From Chromera velia (taxonomy: Eukaryota), in the NCBI GenBank assembly GCA_018398765.1, contig JAHBMJ010000349.1:1-50012 (forward strand): a stretch of DNA of 50,012 bases, in the 5' to 3' direction. Positions 22,184 through 34,683 of the stretch are shown here, piece by piece (the stretch's first letter is position 1; each line of letters begins with the position of its first letter). Below the pieces are notes generated by a model. The model was not told the DNA's origin, did no database searches, and saw only the letters and a list, made by a program, of their open reading frames with translations. Made by a program: the position numbers and the translations under genes.

Positions 22184-25157
22184 CGTGCGTACGTATGGAT
22201 AGATCGAGAGGAAGGGAGGGAGAGAAAGAGAAAGAGAGAGAGACAAAGAGAGAGAGAGAGAAACTGCGAAGGAAGGAAAGACAACTGACTCTATCTCATC
22301 CTTCATCGTCTCCCGCATCGTCGCCGACGCGGCCTGTTCGGGGGCCGAGGGAAGCAAAGAGGAAGAGGAAGAGGGAACTCCCCCCTGAAAAGAAAGAGGA
22401 CGAGCCTCAGGATGTAACTGCGACTGCCCCCCCTTTGAGCTGCGCATTACAGTCCTCTCAGCGCCGTCTCTCAACAGTACTCGGATCACCTTCTCGTGTG
22501 TCATGACCTCGCCCCTCTCACTTGCCTCTCTGCATTCCTCAATGAGGAGTCCCGTAAGCCGACGCACGAACAGATCATTGCGGGCCGCTATTAGTGACTT
22601 CAGAGAAGACGAACGAGAAAGGGGACGTCCGGCCGTGGTAGTGGTGCAATGGGGGGAAGGGGTGACTTCTGTTTTGTCATTCGGTTGAGTGGCACCCTGT
22701 CGCACGGTGGCGTCTGCTTGGTGGCGGGGCTGTGTCGAACTCTCAGCCCCCTGGGTGGCAGCCGCCCTCCCGCCACTCTTTTTGGTCCTCCGAGTCTTCC
22801 TGAAGGCCTCGGGGGGGGGGAGGAGGTCATCATTGAGACACTGCCTCGATGTTTGCTCCCTCCATCGCCGAGAAGACCTGCACGCGCACGATCGTACAAA
22901 AACCAAATATACACACATATTGGCATACAAGGCTGGCCCCATGCATGCGCAGTCTCATTTTTCTCCTCTGTTTCTCTACCGGAGGACACCGTCCGTCCTT
23001 TCTTCCTTCCTTCCTTCCATTCATTCACACACGCAACGTGCAACCGTCCGCACTTCCTTCCTTTCCGTTTGTCCTGAGGCACTTATTCTGGGAGGGTGGT
23101 GGGCGGTCTTGGTTGAGGGGGAAGGAGGGACTGTGGTATGTTGACCGAGAAGATGAAAGATCAAGGGAAGGAACCAACGACAAACAGACAGACAGACAGA
23201 CGTGCCGGCCGGAAGCCCTGCAGGCGTGTTGAGAGCGCAAAGAAAGATGAGGAGGCGACAAGAGAGGCAGGTAGAGAGCATGCAAAGGAAAGGATTCGCA
23301 TGTAAAAAGAAACAGAACAAAGAAGAGAAAGGGCTCTGGAGGGATCGATTCATGGACTCACTCACTCACCTGGCAATTTCTGTCACTGTCTCAGTGCGCT
23401 CTTTCTGTTCTTCCAACAGGCCCTCCAGACCCCTGCATGCACGTTCAGACAGACAGACAGAGTATATGTTTCTTTTTCTCCCTCCTTTTCTTCATGAAGA
23501 CAACAGACAAAAAGAAAGAAAGAACAAAGACAAAAGAACAGAACCAACAATCAAACAGCGTGGGCAGGGGACTCGAAAGGTGAGAGTTAAGCGCCCCTTG
23601 CCTCTCCACCTCCCGACAGACTCTCACGTGATCACTGGGTTCACATGTGAATCCTCTGCTGCCTCCACTCAAGACAAGAGAGACAAAAAAAGACAAGAAA
23701 AAACAACCAAGAAGAAAAGAAAAATTCATAAAGAAAAAAAGAAAGAAAAACTGAACGTGGGAACCGGCACCGTCACGCTCTTTAGACAGCGGGTGGGGCG
23801 GGGGGACAGACAGAGAGACGGGCTAAATGTTTCTGCTTCTCCCTCCTTTTCTTCATGTACACAACAGACAAAAAGAAAGAACGAAGACAGACCGACAGAC
23901 AGACTGACCCGAGAAGAAATTCCAGCCTGGCGATGTCCCTGTCGAGTTTTTCTTCTTCGCTCATCTCCCTGTAGGGTTTCGCCTGTTTGTTCAGAAAGCT
24001 TCGTGGACGTGAGATGGAGTCTCTCACAGGAAAGAGTCCCTGCGGAGCCCGTGGGACGGGAGGAAGAGGGGGTGCCGCCCGCTGAGCTGCAGTGGGAGGC
24101 ATGATATACGGTGGATAGACGGGCTGCGACACTTGCTCTGCCTGGGGGGGAGGTATCAGCGGCGTCTGCATCGGGGGCGCCACCTGCTGAGCTTGGGTGG
24201 GAGGCATGGTGAACGGCGCATGGGCGGGCTGCGACACCTGCTGTGCCTGGGGGGGAGGTATCAGCGGCGTCTGCGGAGGGGGCAGCAGCTGCTGAGCTTG
24301 GGTGGGAGGCATAGTGAACGGAGCATGGCCGGGCTGCGACACCTGCTGTGCTTGGGGGGGAGGTATCAGCGGCGTCTGCGCCGGGGGCGCCACCTGCTGA
24401 GCTTGAGTGTCCCGGTCGAGCTTCTCCTCTTCGTTCAGCTCCTTGTCGGGTTTCGAGTCGTGACTCAGAAGCTTTCCTGGAGGGAGTGGGTCTGAGTCGA
24501 TGCAGTCCTTCACGCCGCCGAAGAGTCTCAATGGCTGCACAGGAGGAGTTTGTGTGCTGCTGTGTGCCTCGAGGTTAAGTTGGGCATTGGGGGGACTCTC
24601 TTGAGGAGGATCTGGGGGGGCGGATGAGGAAGAAGAAGAAGAAGAAGAAGAAGAAGACGCGGACGCGGACTGGGAGAATGGCTCTCTAGACTGCAGGGAG
24701 GGGGCACGGAATGCGAAGCTGTTTTCGCATTTCTAGTTGATGTATCAATGAACACACACATGCATGGCCGCAACCTTATATAGAAAGACGCAAACGCGCA
24801 CAGAGCCTCGTTCAAGCGGGCGGTCGCCCAACACGATTGATACACCGCTATCGTATTGTCACAGCACATAGACAGACTATATGTTTCTTCTTCTCCCTTC
24901 TTTTCTTCATGAACACAACAGACAAAAAGAAAGAAAGAACAAAGACAAAAGAACAGCACCAACAATCAGCACATAGACAGACAGACAGACGGACAGACAG
25001 ACAGACTATATGTTTCTTCTTCTTCTCCCTCCTTTTCTTTATGAACACAGACAGACTATATGTTCCTTCTTCTCCTCCCTCCTTTTCTTCATGAACACAG
25101 ACAGACTATATCGTCTTTTCTGCACTTCACTTTTTCCGAATCGCTTCCTTTCTTTCG

Positions 25158-25200
<43 letters not shown>

Positions 25201-25333
25201 TATATGTTTCTTCTTCTTCTCCCTCTTTTTCTTCATGAACAACACAGACAAAAACAGACAGACAGAGTATATGTTTACAGACAGACAGACTATATGTTTC
25301 TTCTTCTCCCTTCTTTTCTTACAGACAGACTAT

Positions 25334-25375
<42 letters not shown>

Positions 25376-26596
25376 TATATGTTTACAGACAGACAGACAG
25401 ACAGACAGACAGACTACATGTTTCTTCTTCTTCTCCCTCTTTTTCTTCATGAACACCACAGACAAAAAGAAAGAAAGAACAAAGACAAAAGAACAGTACC
25501 AACAGACAGACAGACAGACAGACAGACTATATGTTTCTTCTTCTTCTCCCGCCTTTTCTTCATGTACAGAACAGACAACAGGCAGACAGAGAAACAGGCA
25601 TATAGACTGTATGGTTTCTTTCTTTTTCCATCACACAGACAGTCCGTCCGTCCGTTCGTCCGTCAGTCACAATCAGAAAGATTGAAGGACGAAAAGACGG
25701 ACTGACAAATGGGCAGGCAGATTCTCTCGTTGTTTCATCCTCCTTCGTCATTCTTCTTTTCCCTCAGAGAGAGTCTCCCGACATGCAAACGAAAAGCTTT
25801 ACTCACCGAACTGCAGGGCAACGCTCTGACTGACAGGAGCGACATTTGCGTCGGGATGTGCCGCCTGCAAGCTGATGTCTCTCTCTTCCCTCTCTTCCCT
25901 AGGCCTGGGGTTGTCTGAGGGACACATATTTTCCAGCATGTCGCACAGCTTCACGATTGTTTGCACCTTCTCCAAATAGGACGCACCCACTAACGCTCCG
26001 TCCGGCAGCAATTGCTGTTGTTTTGTTTTTTCACCGCCGGGTCCCTCCGTATTCTCCTCCCCCACCCCCTCCCCCTCCCCTTCCCCCTCATCCCCCCCCT
26101 CCCCCTGAATGCTGGCGACTTCCGAAGCCGGAAAGGAGAAGGCAGAAGTGGCGTCCCCCCATCCCGTGACGGTGCTGTCTGGGCCACAGCGGACCAGGTA
26201 AAAGTGTTGATCAAGTCGGGCTCGGTGTTCCGCCAGAAGCCGCTCGAAATTTTCCTGCTGCGCTCTCATCCTCTCCTGTTCCAAACGGAACTGTCTGGCC
26301 CATTCCTCACTCCTGCGGTCTCGTTCTGCTGCTTCCTCTATGCTTCTTCGCAAACGATTCATGTGACCCTCAATAGAATTCTCCGGCGCGTCAGCCAGGG
26401 CGCGTGCAGGGGGATTGTCGTCCTGCATGTGCCCTCCTCGATCTGACTGTGTGCTTGATCCGTTTACTCTCTTAATTGATGCAATTCGATTGACCGACCG
26501 ATCGATCGATCGATGAGGATTCGTGGCAGCGGGATCTTTGCAAGGACCGTTGTTGAGCGAGCTGTCAGATTCGGGGCAGACCTTTCTGTGTTGCAT
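21982..26596 (-). CDS. Hypothetical protein with Pro/Gln-rich tandem repeats and short coiled-coil segments; 3' end uncertain
   Basis: Phase-consistent exons 26596-25835, 24690-23909, 23432-23370 and 22877-22290; the terminal exon is probably near 22090-21982. Contains poly-Ser, 35-aa QAQQVAPP..TPLIPPP repeats and two EEEKLDRD motifs. Confidence 0.62.
24120..24406 (-). repeat. Coding tandem repeat with a 105-bp (35-aa) period made of two related halves
   Basis: TQAQQVAPPAQTPLIPPPQAQQVSQPGHAPFTMPP repeated nearly three times. Confidence 0.85.
24865..25625. repeat. Intronic array of CAGACTATATGTTTCTTCTTCTCCCTCCTTTTCTTCATGAAC motifs mixed with (CAGA)n
   Basis: At least 7 full or partial copies; related copies at ~23450-23545 and ~23826-23900. 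Confidence 0.9.
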
Positions 26597-26699
26597 TCAA
26601 TGGGCATTCAGGTCACTCGTGCACTCTTCTGGGCTATTCTTTATGTCCCTGCCTTCGTTTCAAACCGTCTACATGACTGACGACCCTGCTACAACATGC

Positions 26700-27135
26700 T
26701 ACAACACGGTTTGTACTATATAAGAGCCCGCTTCATCCCGTTCCACACTTCAGATCTGACAATCTTCAGCATCCTCCCCGGAGGCCGCGGGCCCCGGCCG
26801 TGCGGCATCGTGCGGCCTTCGCGTGCACGCGCATGCACGCGCGCTATATATACGCGTGCATGATCGTGCATGCCGGGGCATGCTGCGATGTCATGGCCGG
26901 AGACGGCCATGCAGAGCATTGCAGAGCAGACAGAACATGACAGAACAGGGAGCGCGAGAGAAGTGAAGGACGAGCGATTCGGGCAAGAGACGCGCACGCA
27001 AGCTGTCGAGTGCGTCGAGTGTTTTGCAAAGAAGGTTTCTGCATGCGATCAAGTGCACTGACAGGACGCCCAGGCAAGATCCCAGGGGCGAGGATCCCAT
27101 CTCAATCTCTCCAAGCAGCGGTGTGCATGTGAATT
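26700..27135. promoter_or_regulatory. Putative bidirectional promoter
   Basis: About 560 bp separate divergent ATGs (26596 on -, 27156 on +). GC-rich core with GCATGC/TGCATG motifs and a GCGCGCTATATATACGCG element. Confidence 0.45.
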
Positions 27136-27155
27136 AATTTAATACAGGAAGGAAG

Positions 27156-27422
27156 ATGTTAGCTGCAGAAGAGTCCTTTCCTCCATTCGTCCTGTGTGAT
27201 GCGCAGCCTGTGAATGCTGACGCTGTTGAGGCGATTTTTAAGCGGCAGACTCCGGAGGAACGCGACGAGCTCCTCACGAAGATGCAGGCCGCAGACGTAA
27301 GTGCGAGTAGCTCAGTGGGAGTGCATGTGTGTGCATAGACGGGTGAGGAAGCAGACGGGTGTGGAGGCGTGCTTCCGCTTTTTATCCAATTTTGTGTTTT
27401 GTGTGAGAGAGGACGAGAGTGA

Positions 27423-27457
<35 letters not shown>

Positions 27458-29413
27458 GCTGTCTCTGGGTTCATCACCTGAATGTGGATGAACTTTCACT
27501 ACGGTGCTCCTAATCCATACATCGTCTCTCCGCATGATGCTTTCTTCTGTGCAGATCAAGAGCATGGGGGACCTTCTTCGCTGCGTTCCCCAGACGTTTC
27601 CTCAGTACAAGTTCCTGGATATTTCCACCTCCTTGCTCCACTTTGTGGCCCTCATCAATTGGAAGCGCGCCTTCGTGATGCGGAACTGGGAAGCTCTCGG
27701 GCTTTGCGTCTTCGCCCCTCCCCCCGTGCCAGAGTCGTTCCCTGTGCCAGGGTGGGATGTATGGGGGGCTCAGGCTTTCCCGTCCTGCCCTGTGGCAGGG
27801 TGGAACGGTACAGACAGAGACAGAGACAGAGACGGAGGAAGCCGATGCATCGCCGACGAGGTTGCCGGCCGTCCCCTCCCAAAGAGGCTGAGGGGAGACG
27901 GCCATGAGGGCCGCGAGGAAGACGCCCTGATGGATGGTAGGGGTGAGTCAGGGGACGGAGACGGGTCGATGAGGGGGAACGGCCCGGGGAACGACTGGAT
28001 GACTCAGAGGAGGCCCCCTCCCAACCCGTCTCCTCCTCCGCCGTCTCCTCCTCCGGGTGGAGACGGATGGATGACTGGGGACAGAGACGGCTGTCTGAGG
28101 GGAGACGGGAACGGATTGGGAGGGGCCAACGGCCATAGGGGGGCATTGATGAGGGGTGGTGGAGAGGGATGGATGGACAGGGATGTAGACGGAATGGGGC
28201 GGGTGGAGAGAGACGGGTGGAGGACTGGGGACAGAGACGGAATGGAGGGAGGAGACGGCGTCTCTGTCTCCCAGATGAAGAGGGGGGGGGAAGAGGAGGT
28301 GCCTCTCCACCCTGCGATTCGCCACCCTCAAATGCCTCGTCTCTCTCTTTCCCTTCCCCGCCTCGGGGATCTGCAACCTCTCTCACTCACACGGGGGGTT
28401 TCAGCGCCGAGTCCTTCCGACAACGAGGAGGAGGAGGACGACGACGACGAGATGCCTGATCACCCCCCCCTTCCCCCCCTAGAGTCACCAGACCCCGGCT
28501 CCCTTTGCATCGTGCCTGTATCCCAAGCGACAGTTCCAGAGGGGAGAAGAGACGCGAGATCCTTCGGTTTCATCCCCCCCCCCCCNNNNNNNNNNNNNNN
28601 NNNNNNNNNNNNNNNNNNNNNNCCCCCCCCAAACAAATGTACTCCCCTCAAGAACTCGAAAGGATCGTGTGTGTGTGGTGTGGAGACCACAGAGATTCCC
28701 CCGACAACCCCATTTTTCTGTGTGAGAACTGCCACGAGTGCCAGAGGGCAGTGCACGAGAAGGGGTGTCTCGACAAAGTCAACCAGAGAGGCGCGATGCA
28801 GTTGCGTCCTCTCCCCAGTACTTCCACAGACCGAAAAGCCAAAAAGAGCAAGGGCAAAGTGAAAGCTGAACCGTGGTATTGCAATGCGTACTGCGAGACC
28901 CGTATGTGCTTCGCTCGTCAGCGAGCGGAGTTGAAGAGTCAAGAGGATAAGATTCTAGGTGAGAAGGAAATGAGGAGGCTGAAAAAACAGACGACCCTTC
29001 AGAATCATACGGAGGCTCTGAACAACCTCTCATGGATGTGCAACAAAGAGAGGCAGGGAAATGACTCCTGCGTTTCCTTCGATGCATCCAAAGGCTCAGA
29101 GATCCACATCGTGGCTCATGCATCGAAGTGGGCCGAGCGATCGACCTTCAAGACCTTCGTGGCTTACTCACTGCCCGATTTGGGTCGGGTCTGTCGAGAG
29201 GTGATTGGGTTCATGCGAGGTGAAGGTGGGAGGGGGGATGCGGAGGGAAGTGCAGAGGTGCAGGGACAGGGGGCACACGGCCGACAGCAGCGTGCTCTGG
29301 AGGGGGGGTGCGAATCTGTCTCTTCCTCTTCCTCTGCTTCCGCCTCAAGCTCTGCTGCTCCCTTTTTGCCTGAGGGGGTGAGAGACGAGGGAGTCAAGAG
29401 AAAGAAGATGTAG
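27156..29413 (+). CDS. PHD-finger (C4HC3-like) protein with Gly/Asp/Arg- and Pro-rich low-complexity region
   Basis: Exon 1 is 27156-27296 (GTAAGT donor); exon 2 starts at 27555 in phase 0 and runs through the N gap. After the gap: CVWC...PIFLCENCHECQRAVHEKGCL...WYCNAYC. The frame change coincides with the gap. Confidence 0.75.
28586..28622. other. Assembly gap (37 N) within a poly-C tract
   Basis: N run flanked by C homopolymers. Confidence 0.99.
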
Positions 29414-30010
29414 AGGTTCTCTGCTCATTGCAGAAGAGAGGGGAGGAGAGGAAACGAAAGGAAAGGAAAAGAGAGGAGATGTAGAGCTTCGTTTCCGGTG
29501 TCGATCACTTGCACGAAATGAAGGAAAGCTCTCTCTTCCCTCCCTTCTCGCCCTCCCTCGCTTTGGTTGTTTCAACTATGTCTGCTTCAAGAACATCTCT
29601 CCCGCTGTGTGCCGACCGACGAGTCTTTCTCTGTCTGTTCGAAAAAAGAGAGAGAAAGAGAAGAGGGCTGAGTTGGGTGGAAGGTGTGTTTCCTTTTTTG
29701 TAATTTAGTTGCATGGCGAGCTCTCAGTGAGGGTTCCCTTCACATCTGTGCGTGTACATGCTCTTTGGGTGTCTGTCTTTGCGAGTCTCCTTTCCTTCAA
29801 AACACTGCATCCGTCCCTGCGCGTGCTTGTCTTCATGCGCGTTCGACAATGAGCATGTGTCTTCGGCGGAGTTTTGACTTCGCTTCTCCCTTTCTTTCTT
29901 TCTTTCTTTCTTTCTTTCCTTCTTGCTTGCTTGCTTGCTTGTTTGAAGAAGGGACAGGGGCAGCGAGGGACCTCTTTCTGTACGTGCACCTATGCAGATA
30001 AAGACGCACG

Positions 30011-30074
<64 letters not shown>

Positions 30075-31950
30075 CTGACAAGAGAAGAAGAAGGAAAGGA
30101 GCGGAGCGAGAAGGGATGCGGAAAGAAGCAGGGCCAGAGGGGGGGGGGGAGAACGGCAGAGTGCGTGTGTGTGAGAGAGAGACAACGGATGAACCCCACG
30201 TTCATCACATTGGCCTATAGGAAGAGCGAATAAGTATTTGCCTCCTCTCTCTCTCTCGATTTTGGGGGGCTTTGTCAATGCCTGTGTCACGTATTTTGCC
30301 TCGGCCTTTTGTGAATTTTTTTCACTTCGATTCTTCACAGCTGTTCCAGTAGGCAAATCCGATCTGATGCGAGAGGGGGGGTCTCGGCTGCAAAGCGTGT
30401 CCTTCTGTTCCTTCTCTCTCTCGATGCTTCTGTCTTTGGCTTTCCTCTTTCTCTGTCGGATTGCATGTTCGTATGTTCGTCCTCTCTCTATGGTTCTGCT
30501 TTTTCCCTCTTTCTTTCTCCTCATCTGTGTGTTTTCTTTATGTACGGATAACAGAAGAGAGATGAGAAAAAAAGAAACAGTCAGTCAGGATGTCTGTCTG
30601 TCTGTCTGGTGGACGACCACCATGCAAGGAGGGATCGTCGGCAGATCGAAAGGGAACTTGTGCAAGACCGAGCGAGCGAGGAAAGGAAGTGGACTTCCCG
30701 ACGGGGAATTTCCTAAAAGTGAGTGAGTGAGTGAGTAAAAGAGCAGGAAAAGAAAAGGACATTTGATCTTTGTGTGTATCTGGCTGTCTGCCTACTTGTC
30801 TGCGTGCAACCTTGTCCGTTGGTTCCATGGTGAGTGATGGAAGGAGTGAATCAAAGAAAAGAGAACAAACGGTGAAGTCTGCGTCTGCATCCGTCCACCT
30901 GTCTCTGTGTTCCTCATTCTTTCACTTGCTTTTTTCCTTCCTCCCTCACTTTTCTTTCTTTCTTTCCTTCCTTCTTTCCTTCCTTCCTTCCTTCCTCCCT
31001 TTCTTCATTCCTTCCTTCCTTCACTCTCCTTGCCTGTCTGTCACTGATGCTTATGCGAAGGACTTAAATTCTCCCATCTCTGTGTCTATCTATCTGTTCT
31101 GTCTCTCTTGGCCCGACGATGCACGCATTCAGTGACGTACTCGTCTGTCATGTCTCATGAGGATCGTGTCGCCCCATCTGTTCGCTGATTTTGACCCCTT
31201 CCTTTTTGGGAGGGGGGGCGGAGGGAAGGGGGGTATGGGTGATTTTTCACGTAAGTGTCTACTTGTCTTAGTCATTTCTTTCTGTTCCATGATTTTGATC
31301 GAGTCTTCTCACTGTGCTTCATTTTTCCCTTCAAATCCGCATGACCGGTCAGCTTCCTTGAGTCTGAATTCTGTTGGAAGATTGGGGGCAACGATCAACG
31401 GATCCATTTATTGACGTTTGCGGGCAGGCTCCACGCGTAGTGAAGGATCGGAGAGTTTTGCTCCCTGCAGAGGCCAAAGTCGCCTGCTTGTAATGCAGTT
31501 CTGGTCAGCTGGGCTGTATGGATACATTCGCGGAGTTTCCATGCCGATCTGCAGCGCTCGCCTTTTCGGTAGTTGAATGAACAGAGATCGACGTAGCCAT
31601 CCATTCCTTTCAAATAAAACAATTTTTAACAGAAGAGTGGGAAGGACTGAAGCATTGAGCTAGGGCTCGTCAAGGTACATCAAAGTACAGTCAGGGACTA
31701 TATTTCCGTATATCTTACTAGATATCTTACCTGCACTCTAGCGTTGTTATGTGGAAGTAGGAGACGTGGGGATGAGAGATAGGAGAGATAGATAATAAGG
31801 GAGGTATGACGAAGGCAGGAAGAAGTAAGGAGTAATCGTAGGAGAAGGAAGTATTGAGGCATGGCAGAGAAAGGCGGGGCCTGGCCCCGGATAAAACGTA
31901 CGAATAATATATATACGAGATCTCTCGAGGCCCACGGGAAGGCGCGAGTC

Positions 31951-32301
31951 TGGGCTGAATTACAGATTGTGTATAATTTGGAATTACAGATTGTGTAATT
32001 TAAGAATTTAGGCCGAATTACAGATTGTATAATCTGGAATTACAGATTGTGTAATCTGGGAGTTTAGGCCGAATTACAGATTGTGTAATTTGGAATTACA
32101 GATTGTGTAATTTGGGAATTTAGGCCGAATTACAGATTGTGTAATTCGGAATTACAGATTGTGTAATGTAGGAGTTTAGGCCGAATTACAGATTGTGTAA
32201 TAGGAAAGTTTGGGCTGAATTACAGATTGTGTAATTCGGAATTACGGATTGTGTAATGTGGGACACTGGGAGTTTAGGCTAAATTACAGATTGTGTAATC
32301 T
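31951..32301. repeat. Array of 12 palindromic GAATTACAGATTGTGTAAT motifs (22+34 = 56-bp higher-order unit)
   Basis: Copies at 31957, 31981, 32015, 32037, 32071, 32093, 32127, 32149, 32183, 32217, 32239 and 32281. Degenerate copies near 32322 and 32472-32512. Confidence 0.95.
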
Positions 32302-33538
32302 ACATTAAATTATAAAAATCAAAAATTACAGAATATTTGTAATTCCACAAAAATATAATTTTGTAAAGGAGTTTCAAAAATTGATAAAAACAATGAGAAG
32401 AAGCAAATTCAAAGGATTGCATTGGATCAAAAAAACTTAAGAATAGAATACAGAATTCTGAACTTTTGACCGAATTACAAATTCTGTAATTCGTGATTAC
32501 AAAATCTGTAATCTCACTTAAACTCGATCATCAGCCTCTTAGCTTATCTAGCTTCTCTATCTAGCTTAGCACTGACTACTAGTAATCAAACAAGAAAGAA
32601 ACATTCTATTATACTCTTCTATACGCAACGGAATCCAGTTAGTCTTGCGCACAAGTCCTTCAACGATTCTGTAACTTCTTAGGTCAATTGGTACCTTGGA
32701 AATCCTTGGAAGTACGATAAAACAGCGTGCACTATGGTGTCCTCAATCAAATAGTGCTTTTGCCTAGGTCTATGCAATATGACCGATGTCCTACTATAAC
32801 TCATATGTGCTTTATATACAGAATACTTCAGTATAGCGTATTTAGTAGGTATAGTTCAACCGTTGAAAACTAGTTTGAAAAAGAATTTTCCAGTTGTAAG
32901 TACGTAGTTGCAACTTTCTTACCACCTTGTACCACCTTGTTGTTAATTCCATAGTTAATTCTTGGATCCGTATAAAAGAGCATCTTAAACTTGTTGTCTG
33001 ATATAATTGGCTAGCTGGCAGTAACGTAACAGTTAAGTTGGTCGCTATACCTTTATTGTTTACAACGGGTTTGCAAAAGAAAGACCACAGTATACATATC
33101 TTTGTCTTAAAAAGATTGACGCAGAAGAGAATTCATTCTTTGAAGTGTTTCCGCCAAAAAACTTGATCTTGTTTGGCATTATTTGGCATTCAAGTTACGA
33201 TAACCCCAAGTTTTGAAAGCTCTCATCTGTGACGCCCTTCGTGGCAAGTTCATGCCTGCCGGGGCCTGCAGGGCCAGCGTGCCACACGCGCGCATGACGA
33301 GCGCCCTTTGAGTTGTATATAGGCTTTTTGTTTGGATTAACGCGCACCTACAATGTATCGTTCGAATTGCATGCATGCATGGCAACGATCTCTGCCTGCC
33401 GTGATCTGACAATATATCCCATGAACTCGGCCACACTTTGTCTCTTGAGTTCCGTTTTTGAGAGCAAGACTGCAAGAATCAGGACTGATAGTTGACACAG
33501 TGATCAACTTCTGTACGTCAGAGTGAAAAGGTGCTCTC

Positions 33539-34640
33539 ATGCCGGTCGACATGTCGGTGAACATGCGAGACGCGTCGCTCGCTTTCCGAGGTGCTCTCAG
33601 TCGCCTCTGTCGTGCCATCGAGCGGCCCTTCTTGCTTGAAGGGGTGCCGCAATACAAATGTGAGCTTCCGCGTGAAGAGTGGAAGTTCGCTCAACGTTCG
33701 TTTCAGGAAGTAACTGTTGAAGATGCTTTTGTCTTGATCGCCGACCTTGTTCCTGTCGGAGTCACCCCACAGGACATCGACACTGAGGGGGTCCCCAGAC
33801 TCAACCGAGATGCCTTCAACATGGCAGTGACCGCCACAGCTAAAGGAGAGGACCTCAAAGAACGTCTCGCCCGAGCGTTTTCGATGCGCCTCCACGAGCA
33901 AATGCTCAAGGCCCACCCCGTCATGGCCCTCATGAGCCAGACTCAAATCAACTGGGTCTTAGCCCTCACCTCTCTCCACCTAGAAGACCCCAGCTCAGGA
34001 GTCAGCGCCGCGTTCAACCGTGTGATATCCTATTCCCTTGGGCCTAAGGAGGAGGCGCTGGCAATACTTTATGACGGTCTGCTGATGTCGAGGGGGCAGC
34101 AGCTGATTGAAAATGATCACCAACTTTTAGAGAGGCTAGTAATGAGTCCTCTCTCCGACAACTCCTTCCGCCGTATTGGTTTGGGGCATGTTGCCAGGAG
34201 AGACCGTCTTCCCTATGTTGTCGGGAGAAATGGAAGGCAGGACGAGAACAACTCGACGAGAGCCCCCGAAAGCGGTGTGCCTTCTCGAGCCTCCTCTCAA
34301 GTCTCTTCTGTTGCCCTTTCGGTGGCAGGAGATCTGGTCAGTCAATTGTTGTGCGTGTAGCCTGTGCATGTCCCCCCAGGGGGCATTTCTGCATCCTCTC
34401 TGACGCATTTATGACGTGATCCCATGCTTCCTCGATCGTTTTTGCTTTCGTTTCGGTTGACTTTGGCTGCCAGCCTTGTGGCGGTTTTGATTTCCGAGAT
34501 TTCTTGGGGGCTCGCGCTTTTGTTTTTTCGTCTTTTCTATCGCTCCCCTTTTCGGAGCGTATGAGTGCGTACTTATGCGTGAGTGTGTGCGTGCGTGCGT
34601 GCGTGAGTGTGTGTGTGTGTGTGTGTGTGTGCGTGCGTGC

Positions 34641-34683
<43 letters not shown>

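Noticed and set aside
28560..28640. Frameshift in the PHD gene
   Set aside because: Coincides with an N gap of estimated length, so it is not biological evidence.
29684..31622. ORFs downstream of the PHD gene
   Set aside because: Dominated by microsatellites and low complexity; no consistent exon chain found.
31951..32301. CRISPR array interpretation of the palindrome array
   Set aside because: Linkers are only about 3-23 bp and are themselves repeated, not unique spacers.
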